A stretch of DNA of 64,000 nt, from NCBI RefSeq assembly GCF_001194135.2, contig NC_068988.1, positions 52,043,679-52,107,678 of the forward strand. The letters run 5' to 3'. The notes under the pieces are model-generated. The model was not told the origin of the DNA. It saw nothing but the letters and a program-made list of their open reading frames with translations, and ran no database searches. A program made the position numbers and the translations under genes. This document shows positions 1 to 12,386 of the stretch, in pieces. Every line of letters starts with the position of its first letter. Position 1 is the first letter of the stretch. The DNA is from Octopus bimaculoides (taxonomy: Eukaryota).

Positions 1-715
1 ATACTGGTGGAATGTACCAGTGAAGACCTCAATAAAATGTAGGCACAACAGACCTGATGTAATGATTTGGGATAGAGAAGAGAAACTGTGCACAGCTGTG
101 GAAATGTGTTGCCCAACGGATGTTAACATAAAGCTGAAGATCAGGGAAAAAGACAACACCTATACTGAACTATTGAGAAATCTGCAGTAACTCTATCCAA
201 ATTACAAGTTCACGTTTATACCTGTAATTATTGGGGCCCTGGGATATATAACACACTGCCTAAATACCAATCTTGAGAAATTAGGCTTCTCAAAACCGAA
301 AGGAGAAAGCTAATTCGAAAACTACAGATCTAATCCATCACTGGAACTGTAAAAATCTGTAAAACTTTCCAGAAGTTTATCATTTAAATATATATAAGCA
401 TGTTTAGATATGCAACTATATGCATAAGAATACATACATAAAATATACAAATTTGCACATACATACATACATACATACATACATACATACATACATACAT
501 ACATACATGCATGCATGCATGCATACATACATACATGCATGCATACATACATACATACATACATACATACATACATACATGCATACATACATACATACAT
601 ACATACATACATACATACCCTGTTGTTGATGTTGAAATTCCAAAGAAGGAACCTTGGATCTAGGTTAGAAACCGGTTCTTTCTGTATTGGCCAGAAATCT
701 TGAAATAAACTGAAT
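1..715 (+). mobile_element. 3' end of an RLE-type non-LTR retrotransposon (restriction-like endonuclease C-terminus plus 3' UTR containing an (ACAT)n tract), decayed
   Basis: Frame from nt 2 reads HNRPDVMIWDREEKLCTAVEMCCPTDVNIKLKIREKDNTY...FIPVIIGALG (PD..E..K RLE motif) with an internal stop. The same 3' end recurs at 11736-12110. Confidence 0.8.
461..617. repeat. (ACAT)n microsatellite
   Basis: Direct reading; it generates the MYVC/HTYI pseudo-ORFs. Confidence 0.95.
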
Positions 716-2340
716 AATCACTTACATTCAGACATCATTGAAGCAGCAAAAGAACACCAAGTGTCCTTACACTTTAATGGCATTGACTTTTAAACTACTT
801 GCATCAGATGGTGACTGTAATAGTTGTAGGCCCCCGAGGTAGTGCACATTATAGAGGCACTACTAACTCTTTAACATTTAAATTACCCCGTCAAATGTAA
901 TGCTTATTTAATCACATTGTTTTGAATTAATCATGCATGATATTGTAGCTCGAAGTTTTCGATGATACCGTTGTTTATTTTTAGAATGATATTGGAGGGT
1001 AGGTGTGAAAAGCTGGACCTGGCGGATGTGAACGCAAAGTAATTAGAATATTTGGGCTTGATAAAGCTGATTTAAATGCTAAAGGTTTAAGCAATACCAA
1101 GTGTGTCATGGTCATAGATGGTTTGCTAGCGGATGGATTGTTTTGAATATCTAACTCAGAGACATGATCACATGCATGCTATCCATTATCCTCTTCAACA
1201 CCATCTTGGAATTTGTCATGAAAAAATTTAAAAAAAACAGATAAAAGTCTGACATTTATTGACGACCCCCTATAGACGTTAGGTATGTTGATGATGCAAT
1301 CCTGATCTTTTACAAATTAAAAATATCCACTAAATAGGTAGACGAGGCATGTAAAAATGGAGCTTGAAAATATGGCACAAAGGTAAGATCACTTCACCAC
1401 CAAGTAAAGAAATAATTGCTGGCACAGAGCCAGCAATTTTGAGGGGAGAGGGCAAAACGTTTACATCAACCTCAATACATAACTCGTACTTCATTTATCG
1501 ACCCGGAGAGGATGAAAGATAAAGTCGACCTCGGCTGAATTGAATTCAGCACGTAATAAGTCGGAAGAAATACTGCAGAACATTTTGTCCAACGTTCAAA
1601 TGATTCTGCCAGTTCACCGCCGTACTTTGCAAAGAGATAATAATAAATAGCATAGTGTTTGTGAAGTCTGTAAAGTACTTACAGAAAATTAAAAATCACA
1701 GTCTAGAATAGGCAGAATTTAAGACAAAAGCTAAAAGTTAGACTGTAAGATACCCTTATTTTTCCTCTTTGCAATCTACAATACAGTCATAAGACGTATT
1801 GGAATACTATATTTGAAGACTATACTAAATATATCATTACGAACTGCTTCCAGAAGTAAAGCTTTTCACTTGGCATACACCGTTACTGAAAGCCTCACAT
1901 AGAAGAGAGTGAAATAGTTTGATCGTGTAATAAGACTGACAAACAATATGTTCTGGCAAGACTTCGAAAATTCTGGATCAAGTGGTGGGCCGCCATGCTG
2001 TTAAGCCAACCCAGCTTGGTTAACGTGTTTTAGCTGAAATGATTAAGCTAATATGCAAATTAGTTCAGCCATTTAAGTTAAAAGCTAGGCTGCAGTGATT
2101 TAAAATAGCAGTTGATCTGAAAAGTACGCTTTGTAAGTAGAAGAATGAGACGGTGTTTGTAACAATTCAGCTATAAAATATGTCAGGTCAATATCCTTAT
2201 TTATGTGGAGCAAATAGAGTCGCAAGATGAATTTATATTTGTTTTATGTTCAACACAGCACGTGTTGCGAACTGGAGGCTAACTACATTAAAATCACTTT
2301 TGATTTTTAACTGCATGCTATCTGTGCATAAAAACATTAC

Positions 2341-2373
<33 letters not shown>

Positions 2374-2409
2374 CACATACATACATATGATATTTTGATA
2401 AAAAAAATT

Positions 2410-2745
2410 TTTTTCATTATAAGTTTCAGCTCGAGAGGTGCGGCCATGCTGGGGCACCGCCGTTGGCTTTGCTACACTTCCACTAAACCTAGGTGAATTA
2501 GGAAGTTTGATATTGCTGCCCTCATCTGTTTCTTGCCGCGATGTTGGTTCAACCGGAACTCTTGACAGTAGGAGACCTAGATTTGTTTTGAAGACGCCTA
2601 CATCCACTCCATGTAGGTCTCTCAGGCTTTGTGAGAGGATATTGAAGAGCTGTGGACCCTTGAATCCAAGCTGTTGCAGTATCTGGTCCTGTATCCTGAT
2701 GAGAATATTGGGATTTTTGGTACTATGCAAACATTTTTCTTTCTT
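2410..2745 (-). mobile_element. CR1/L2-group LINE 3' fragment
   Basis: LGFKGPQLFNILSQSLRDLHGVDVGVFKTNLGLLLSRVPVEP is a CR1-like ORF2 C-terminus; homologous to 50670-50990. Confidence 0.75.
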
Positions 2746-2814
2746 TTGTCTATGAAAATGCTCTCAAAACATTTCATTTTGCTTTTAAATATAAATTTAC
2801 TCTTAACCATTTTA

Positions 2815-2874
<60 letters not shown>

Positions 2875-2879
2875 ATATA

Positions 2880-3729
2880 CGGGGTGTGGTGAATAAACTG
2901 TCGTCTAAATTACGCAAAAATGAAAATAATACTGACATCTCATTTTAACAGATATATTTACCAAAATTACATAAAAATATCCTGAAATACTGGAGAGTAA
3001 ATTTATTCAATAAAATCGCCATTGGATTCAACTTCGGAATCTTCTGCAACTCTAATGGACGGTCTCCTTGTTTAAGTTGGTGAATGCTGCCATAATCCTT
3101 GCCTTCAGTTCATCTTTGGTGTTACAAAGAGTTTTGTAGGTCTCTCGCTCAACTGCACCCTACACATAATAACCAAGAGGGTTGCAGTCGGAGGAGTTAG
3201 GTGGTCAGATGTTAGGAGTGATGTGGTCGAAAAAATTGTCTGACAGCCATGACTGGGTTCTCTGGCTTGTGTAGCATGATACATAATCCTAGACATAGGA
3301 TCTTCCAGCAGCCACCCTCTTGACCCAGGACAGCACTACCTCCTCCAGGCACTTGATGTAGGCCTCCGTGTCGAGTCTGAGGCCGTGCTGGAAGATAAAT
3401 GGTGGCATAACGTCGTCATCACTAGTGATCACTCCAAACACTATGATGTTAACTGGATGTTTAATTTTTATCGCTCTTGGTACATGTCTTCAGATTGACA
3501 CCCAAACACTCTGAAATGTTCGTATTGAACCTCCAGTACGAATGCCAAACAGTACAGCATGTCGTTTCCAAATTTCTGGCTGAGTGAATTATGTCATGGT
3601 GCTGCTTTTCTCACAGACGCTGCCCAACTGACCCTTCTATACTGTGTAGTCGACCAAATCAAAAACAAACAATGCGCATGCACGAAATAAAAAAATATAA
3701 AATGGCGACAGTTTACCCATCGCACCCTG
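2880..3729 (-). mobile_element. Internally deleted Tc1/mariner-superfamily element of DD37D (maT) type
   Basis: Imperfect TIRs (cggggtgtggtgaataaactgtcg vs revcomp cagggtgcgatgggtaaactgtcg). The transposase remnant VMPPFIFQHGLRLDTEAY...D-x37-(G, ex-D)YYV*GAVER contains stops. Confidence 0.7.
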
Positions 3730-4382
3730 CATCTTTGTGTACACTCGCGCGCGCACACACACACACACACGCATAATCTTTTGTTTCAGTCACACAACTG
3801 CGACCATGGTCTTGAAAGATTTAGTCAAAACAGTGACCTCAGTACTTTTTTTAAAACCCTGGTGTTAATTCACGGAGACGTAAAGAAACCAATACCAGTT
3901 GCCAAGCGGTGATGATANNNNNNNNNNNNNNNNNNNNNNNNNNNNNNNNNNNNNNNNNNNNNNNNNNNNNNNNNNNNNNNNNNNNNNNNNNNNNNNNNNN
4001 NNNNNNNNNNNNNNNNNNNNNNNNNGGAGGGTATTGGATTTAACCAAACCCCGGAGGATACAGGTAATACCGAGTAAGTGCTCTTTTTTCAGCACATCAC
4101 ACTCTGTACCACTTCATACTAAAAATATCCGCCTATGGATATAGTAATAGATTACTTGATTTTTTCTGTCTCCGATGAAGGGAAGTACTGGATCTTCCCA
4201 GAAACAGCTGTAAGACTCTATCCATAAAATTCTTCAACCTTACCTTTGCTCTCTTTATCTTTTTGTTTTTATATATTTACATATATATATATACATAAAA
4301 CTTAGATAACTTAGATTGGTTTCGGCCATTATCGGCCCAAGCCATGACTAATTCAATAGCACCATCTGGGAAAGTCTTTTAG

Positions 4383-4710
4383 TTAATTATTTCGGGACAC
4401 CATGGACCACTCAAGCAGAGAGTTGTTGTTGGTTGGGACGTATCCAGGTGTAGGTGGTTTATCTGGTATTTCCTGGAGGAATTTGTCCAGGTACTGTTTG
4501 AAAGGTGTAGGATCTTTTCCTACTTTAATTTCTTTCGGGATAACATTGAAAAGTGCAGGACCATTTGCAGTGAAGAAATTGTGTTGCAATGTTCTTATGT
4601 GATGTGATCTCGACCTTTGAAATGGATGCATTGCACGGGGGCCTAGTCTTGAGTGAATTGTAAACTTAATACCAATATCATTTGGATAATATTGGTGGAA
4701 TATTTTCCAC
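4383..4710 (-). mobile_element. CR1-like LINE 3' fragment (second subfamily)
   Basis: GPALFNVIPKEIK...FKQYLDKFLQEIPDKPPTPGY...NNNSLL is a typical CR1-group ORF2 end. Confidence 0.7.
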
Positions 4711-5309
4711 ATGGTGCAAATGATGTATCACTCACAGTGGTGTTGCACACGACGGGTTTATTTCAGTTTCCTCCATCAAATCTACTCACAAGGCTTTTGT
4801 CGGCCCGAGGCAATAGAAGACACTTGCCCAAGGCGTCACGCAGTGGGATTGAATACGGAACCATGTGGTTGAGAAACAAACTTCTGATTATCTTGTTTAA
4901 ATTACTGATAGTTAATTTTCCATTTTCTATCTGGCGCTTTAACTAGATTGATATGAGGATGTTCATAGGTGAAGAATATTTCTTTTTGATAATAGCAATA
5001 CAATATATCTTGACTAAGATGCTTACCTTTTATTAACCAAATCAATGTAATTTTGTTCAGTTCCAGTGTACCAGGTTGAAATTCCGCTCTCCCCTAAAAT
5101 TTCCCCTTGGGAAAGTTTTGCGCAGAACATTTTTCCCTCGGGAGGGAAGTTCTACATAGATTATTTTCCCCACTTCTTAGCGCAATTTCCTCCTTTCAGA
5201 ATTAATTAATTATAGTTTAATTGGTAATGAAGAGTAAGCTAATGGAATACAAAATTCATCCAAGACAAATTTTCCAAATTATCTAATTACCATCCGAGAT
5301 GGTGTCAAA

Positions 5310-6930
5310 AACATATGAAATCTTTTATTTGTACCTGGGTGAAAGCAGGTATCCAGAAGGATTATCAAAAGGGTAGAAAAGAGACGTACGGAAAAAGGGT
5401 GAACTGTTTCACGTGCAAGATGGTATTTTAATGCACAAACTTACGGATGGAGATAAAATGAATTATCGTCAAGTACTTAAGATAGATCATGCACAAAGAG
5501 TTATAAAAGCATGATGGTTTAGGAGGAGCACATCTTGGAAGGGACAAGACCATTTCAAAAATAAGTGCAAAATATTTTTGGAAAGGCATACATGATGACA
5601 TTACCAAATACCTATCCAGACGTAACAAATGGCAAAAATCAAGTAATAAACCATTCATACAAGCACGTGAACTACATCCTATTCCAGTTCCCGAAAAATT
5701 CTGGAGTCAAGCTAGAATGGACCTTATCGATCGATTACCAAAGACGCCGAGAGGTAACACCTATATTGCTGCAATAGCTGATTATTTCACCAAGTATCTT
5801 GTTGCGATTCCCATTCCAGAAAATCAGTAGCTGATGTAGCCAGCTTTTCTTCTAGATGCCATATGTGATTTTGGTTGTATGGAGACCCTCATCACAAATC
5901 AAGGCAGAGTGTTCGTCAATGAACTGAATTCCATTCTTTGTGAGACGCTGGATATCAACCATTCTTTGTGAGAGGCTGGATACCATCCTCAGACAAATAG
6001 ATTACAGGTAGCATTAATTACGTTTGTTTGTATTCCTGAACCCTTGTTAATTTTATTACCTGAAGATTGACGCAAAGTTATAAAAGTATACGCGGAAGCA
6101 CTGAAAAGTTCCTGGCTTTGGGTAAATGAAAATACTGTAGGATCAGTTAAGTATGATTTTATTTAACATACTCCTCTCTCAGATTCATACACTTACTGCA
6201 GCAGTCGTTCAGCTTTTCTAAGCCTGTAAAGGAACTCAGAAGGTTGGGCCTCCAGCCAGGCCTTTCGCGATACCCTTATAACCAGGAACTTTTCAGCAAC
6301 CCCTCGTATATTCAACTACATTACTGTATTATTGACCTTATTATGTTATTTATATCTCACATGTTATTTATATCTATTTGTAGGAAAAATTCAACGAAAC
6401 TCTAGAAAGGGTTTTGATAAAGTGGCTGTGAGAATCAAGATGACTGGGACCTGCACGTCAAACCAATTTTTTTCGGATACGGAACATCGGTTCATGCCAG
6501 AAACTACTTTTAGTGCAATATTTAGAAGATAACCTGTATTACTAGTTTATCTTGACATTAGCCCAGACAAAGAAAGTCAGACAGAGGAAAAACAGACGTC
6601 ACTGTTAGGGAATTAACTGGGCAAAGAACAGAGGCCAAGAATGATGCAGAATCAAAAGTGATGGAAAATATATCCAAAGCTCAGAGCAGACAGAAGAAAG
6701 ATTATGATTGGAGACACAGTGCCAATGAATCAAATATTACAGTTAAATCGCTGGTGTTGCTGAAAAATAATAGATGCGAGGAAAATCATAGATGGGAGGA
6801 AAATTGGAGCAGAAATGGCTTGGACCTTACAAAGTTGCTTCCCTGTTTGTTTTACATAATATAGATATTATTCTATAGATATTTTATAAATATGATCCAG
6901 CTGAAGCTGTATTCTCAGATGTCGTCAGGT
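5310..6930 (+). mobile_element. Decayed Ginger/GIN1-like integrase (Gypsy-type DDE integrase split by a spliceosomal intron at 6008-6383)
   Basis: Broken frames give YPEGLSKG*KRDVRK, HLGRDKT, LHPIPVP, DYFTKY, YHPQTNRLQ|EKFNETLER, DDWDLH and GGKLEQKWLGPYKV (GPY/F motif). No RT or RNase H is adjacent. Confidence 0.7.
6091..6306. mobile_element. Mariner-derived MITE inside the integrase intron
   Basis: TA-flanked; TIRs cgcggaagcactgaaaagttcctgg / ccaggaacttttcagcaacccctcg. Confidence 0.8.
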
Positions 6931-7122
6931 GAGTAGTTTTGAGAGCAATGCTGCATCACCTATAGCTTCCCATTGTTTTCTATCCCTTCTTCTATTTTTC
7001 GCATTCCTTTGATAAAGAGCAACACGTCGATTGAAATAGACAGAAGTCGTTAAAAAATACCGAATAAATTTTTGGAGACAAAAATCTAAAAACGTAAATT
7101 ATAAAATAAATACTTATGATAC

Positions 7123-7171
<49 letters not shown>

Positions 7172-7328
7172 CGTGTGTATGCATGCATGCATGTATAACA
7201 CATACATACACACACATACGTGTGTGTGTGTATGTGTGTGTGTGTGTGTGTATTTCAATTAATTAAATGTCAATTATACTTTAGGTTTTCTCTCTGTCTG
7301 ACATCTATTTGTCTGTCCGCTCTTCAAG

Positions 7329-7409
<81 letters not shown>

Positions 7410-8369
7410 GTCTGTCTGTCTATCTATCTAGCTGTGCGTCTGTCACTCCGTTTGGTTGAACGCCTTAAAAAGACAATACGCTAAATGTCAACAGGAAGAA
7501 CGTATTATGTGTTTATATAATCCTTTGTGTGTATGTGTGTGTTTGCGCGCGTGCGCGTTGTGTGTATGTGTACCTCTATTGCATATCTAGTTTTTATATA
7601 TTAACATATCGGAATGTGTGTAGGAGTGCATGTATGTATGTATGTATGTATGTATGTATGTATGTATGTATGTATATATGTATGTTTGTATATAAAAACT
7701 AGATANNNNNNNNNNNNNNNNNNNNNNNNNNNNNNNNNNNNNNNNNNNNNNNNNNNNNNNNNNNNNNNNNNNNNNNNNNNNNNNNNNNNNNNNNNNNNNN
7801 NATATATATATATATATACATATATATGTGTATGTGCGTGCACAATATACTGCACATAATTAATGTATGCTTTGGCACATGTTTGTATCTATGCATTTAT
7901 GTATGTGTACGTACATACTTGAATATAAATGTGTATGTAAGAGGGGTATATAACTTGGAGGAGTGAAATATGTAGAATCGCCAATACCGTTGCAGGTCCA
8001 GTGAAACTGATAGAAGAAAGAAGGGCAGAAACCTCATCTCATGTGTTATTCTTGGATCATGGTTCGAGTCCAGGAAAAAAGTCACAGGCAAAAGAGTTAC
8101 GAGAAAAATACTGGAAAACTACAAGGCAATGGCAGGGTTATTCGTCTTAATCATCAACATTAAAAATATTAAATATACATGTAATACCATGATGGTGCTT
8201 CTAATATGTACATGCCAGTTATTGTCAATAAATGACTGACTTTCTTTTGTTTCATTGTCTTACTTTGCTTATGAAACTAAATAAAATGCTGTCTATTTTA
8301 TACGTGTATAATACCACCATATACAAATTGTGTACAAGTCATACACTGTCAGTTAAATGATCTAAAATA

Positions 8370-8586
8370 TGAAGTGTTGCTGAAGAGTTCCTAGCATTAA
8401 GGATATCACAAAGGGCCCGGTTGAAGGCCCAAACTTCTGAGTTGTTTTACTGAGCTTAGAAAAACTGAAGGACCGCTGCAATAAGTATGTGGATTTGAGA
8501 AGGGAATATGTTTTATAAAGTCATAATTAACTGATCTTCTTGTATTTTCTTTTACCCAAAGTTAGGAACTTTTCAGCACAACCTCG
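8370..8586. mobile_element. Mariner-derived MITE, same family as 6091-6306, opposite orientation
   Basis: TIRs tgaagtgttgctgaagagttcct / aggaacttttcagcacaacctcg; interior is the reverse complement of the 6.1-kb copy. Confidence 0.75.
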
Positions 8587-9028
8587 TATTTTTTATTTTT
8601 TATTTTATTTCATTTTTTATTTTATTACTTTAATTGTTTATAGTATTCAAGCAAAAAATTTGTCCTTTTTCTTTTGACTTTTTTCCAAGCAAAGATTACG
8701 ACTTCTTTGTTACTTTTTCCTCTTGGACACCGTGAACACACTTCCACAAGTCTACGCGAATGCTCTTTTGTAGACATATACATACATCACACACAGCTGC
8801 ATCCTCGTTACACGAGTAAAGCCATTGGCAACAATCATGAACCATTTCAGTAAGTCATCTTGGCAATGGCTTTACTCAAAAACAGCTGCTCCCATAAATT
8901 CTAGAATAAAATTTAAGATTTATGGAGACTCAAAGCTAGAAACATAAAAATGACAGTAGAGACATACAAGGAAACAAACAATGGAGGGTCGTTAGACCAG
9001 AACAGGTGAAAAATAGTTAGCGGCAATA

Positions 9029-9417
9029 TGTTGTTGTTGGTACTCCGTCGCTTACGACGTCGAGGGTTCCAGTTGATCCGATCAACGGAACAGCCTGCTC
9101 GTGAAATTAACGTGCAACTGGCTGAGCACTCCACAGACACGTGTACCCTCAACGTAGTTATCGGGGATATTCAGCGTGACACAGTGTAATAAGGCTGACC
9201 CTTTGAATTACAGGCACAACAGAAGCAGGAAGTAAGAGTGAGAGAAAGTTGTGGCGAAAGAGTACAACAGGGTTCGCTACCATCCCCTACCGGAGCCTCG
9301 TGGAGCTTTAGGTGTTTTCGCTTAATAAACACTCACAACGCCCGGTCTGGGAATCGAAACGGCGATCTTATGACCGCGAGTCCGCTGCACTAACCACTGG
9401 GCCATTGCGCCTCCACA
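9029..9417 (-). mobile_element. tRNA-headed SINE (family A), full length
   Basis: Head gtggaggcgcaatggcccagtggttag (A box) ... gtttcgattccc (B box); (caa)n tail; TSD agcggcaata at 9019-9028 and 9418-9427. Confidence 0.9.
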
Positions 9418-9419
9418 AG

Positions 9420-11000
9420 CGGCAATAATATAAGGATCAGTAAGAACAAGTGTATTGAAATAGTTATTATGGAAGATTGACACCACGTTAAGAGTAGATA
9501 TTTTACACACATTTAGATAAATCCAATATCTATCTTTCGTGAAAATTTCAAGTGAATGGAATAAATATTTTGTAAGTTACGAGGAAATAAAAAACCTTCG
9601 AAATTGCAACGGCCAAAAGTTAAGGGTCACTCAGAAAAAATGAACTACAAACCGAGGTATTTGTTGTTTAGAAGACGGTTAATGGGCTAACAGTTACTTC
9701 TTATGATCTTTCATCATTGGAACATTCAGCTGTCAACATGGCGGCTTGCGAGAGACGACCGGTGTCCTGTGATGAAAAGCAAAGGATTGTGTGCCTTCAG
9801 CAAGAGGGCAAGTCATATTCTGTGATAGCAACTATAGTAGGAAGTTTCTAGAAGTGTTGTGCAACGAATTATAGCTCGTTTTAAGTCATCAGAATCGACA
9901 GATGTTAAACCCCAAACCGGTAGACCTAATAAAACTTCAAGACAGGATCGTATTATGGTTACAATGTCACTGAAGGAAAGGTTTAAGAGTGCTGCTGAGA
10001 TATCCTGCGAGTTTAGCATCACTTCCGATGTCAACGTATCGCGCAAAACAGTTTCTTAGCGGTTACGAGGTTCTGGGTTGCTTGCTCGGGCACCGGCAAA
10101 GAAACCTCTGATCTCCAGAAGAATCAAACAGCCCGACTTCGTCATGTTATTTGGGCAGAACAGTAGTCACAGGTTCATTTTAGCGATGAATCGAAGTTTA
10201 ATGTGATTGATTCCGATGGCGGGATGTGCGTCCGACGAAGAAGTGACGAAAGGTTACCTTGTGCATGTGTGAAGGAGACAGTGAAATATGGAGGAGGCAG
10301 TGCAATAGTATGGGGAGTGATCTCTGCTGCAGGTCCTGGTCCACTTATCCGCCTACAAGGGACTGTCAATGCTAAAATCTACAGGCAGATTCTTAGACAG
10401 CATGTCCTTCCACATCTCCGACCTTCGTCTGTTCAACCTCCTATCTTTGAGCAGGACAACGCTCCCTCTCACACTGCGAAGAGAGTCAAAGATATTTTGA
10501 GTGATGAAGGGATTGATCTCATGGACTGGCCATCTAAAAGTCCCGATCTCAACCCTATAGAAAACGTTTGGAAGATTATTGGAGATGGGGCGCGAAGGAG
10601 AAATCCAAAACACCAAGATGAACTCTGGCAATTATTGAAAAACGAATGAGAGAATATTAATCCATCATTTTGCAAGAAATTAATTCAGTCCTGTGGTAAC
10701 AGATGTCAGGAGGTCATTGATAGTAAAAGGCTGTTCACAAAATATTAATAGTAGTTTAATATATTTTTTGTTCTTGTTCCATTTTTCATTGATTTTCTAA
10801 GTGACCCTTAACTTTTGGCCATTGCAGTTTGGAAGATTATTTTTTTATTTCCTCATAACTTACAAAATATTTAGTCCATTCACTTGAAATTTTCATGAAA
10901 GATATATCTAAATATCTAGTTTCAACGTTTTGCTAAACTTCTGTAATAACTATTTCAATACACTTGTTCTTACTGATCCTTATATTATGGCCGTATACAC
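9420..11000 (+). mobile_element. Tc1-family DNA transposon with long (~220 bp) IR/DR-type TIRs; transposase pseudogene at ~9738-10748
   Basis: 9420-9640 is the reverse complement of ~10790-10995. The transposase has GRP, SDESKF, QDN-x-SPDLNPIE (34 residues between D and E, DD34E) and ends TKY*; it carries frameshifts and stops. Confidence 0.9.
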
Positions 11001-11735
11001 TGATATTTTTCTTTCACTGGATGGAGTACATTTTTTTATGGATCTTACCTTAATGGAACAGTAAACTATATATATGTGTGTATATATGTATATGTATGTA
11101 TGTATTTATATATATGTATATNNNNNNNNNNNNNNNNNNNNNNNNNNNNNNNNNNNNNNNNNNNNNNNNNNNNNNNNNNNNNNNNNNNNNNNNNNNNNNN
11201 NNNNNNNNNNNNNNNNNNNNNNNNNNNNNNNNNNNNNNNNNNNNNNNNNNNNNNNNNNNNNNNNNNNNNNNNNNNNNNNNNNNNNNNNNNNNNNNNNNNN
11301 NNNNNNNNNNNNNNNNNNNNNNNNNNNNNNNNNNNNNNNNNNNNNNNNNNNNNNNNNNNNNNNNNNNNNNNNNNNNNNNNNNNNNNNNNNNNNNNNNNNN
11401 NNNNNNNNNNNNNNNNNNNNNNNNNNNNNNNNNNNNNNNNNNNNNNNNNNNNNNNNNNNNNNNNNNNNNNNNNNNNNNNNNNNNNNNNNNNNNNNNNNNN
11501 NNNNNNNNNNNNNNNNNNNNNNNNNNNNNNNNNNNNNNNNNNNNNNNNNNNNNNNNNNNNNNNNNNNNNNNNNNNNNNNNNNNNNNNNNNNNNNNNNNNN
11601 NNNNNNNNNNNNNNNNNNCACACACACACACATACACAAACAAACATACATACATACATACATACATACATACATACATACATACACACATACATACATA
11701 CACACATACATACATACATACATACATACATACAT

Positions 11736-12110
11736 GGAAAAAGCTGATTCGAAGACTACACATCGAAGCCATCACTGGAACTGTAAAAATCTGTAAAACT
11801 TTCCCGAAGTTTATCATTTGAGTATATATCCGCATGCCCAGATATGCATGAGAAGATATGCATAAAACAAAACGTACAAATCTGCACGTATACACACACA
11901 CACACACACAAGCACACACACACACATACATACATACATACATACATACATACGTACGTACATACATACATACATACATACATACATACATACATACATA
12001 CATACATACCCCGTTGTTGATGTTGAAATTCCAGTGAAAGAGTTTTGGATCAAGGCTAGAAACATGCTCTTTCGCTGTTGGTAAGATTTTTTGAAATAAA
12101 ACTGGATTGT
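11736..12110 (+). mobile_element. 5'-truncated second copy of the RLE non-LTR element 3' end
   Basis: KLIRRLHIEAITGTVKICKTFPKFII*, then an (ACAT)n tract and the gttgttgatgttgaaattcc tail, as at 320-715. Confidence 0.75.
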
Positions 12111-12327
12111 GACATACATACGTACAAAAATAGATCTCACTACAACTCCTTCCTGTAGATGACGACTGTATTGTAGAAGGTTCTCTTCCACAGCATCGTC
12201 ATAATCACTAGAAATACTTTCACACCCAACAGTTTTAAAGAGGGAAATAATGACGTAATTCTAAATATAATATCCTGAAAAAATAATAAGACAGACAGGA
12301 TGGTCATGACTTGAATTGCTTAGATTT

Positions 12328-12386
<59 letters not shown>

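Noticed and set aside
322-703. MYVC/HTYI-repeat ORFs here, and similar or N-spanning ORFs throughout the window
   Set aside because: These are translations of (ACAT)n, (CA)n and (TA)n microsatellites or of assembly gaps; there is no coding signal.
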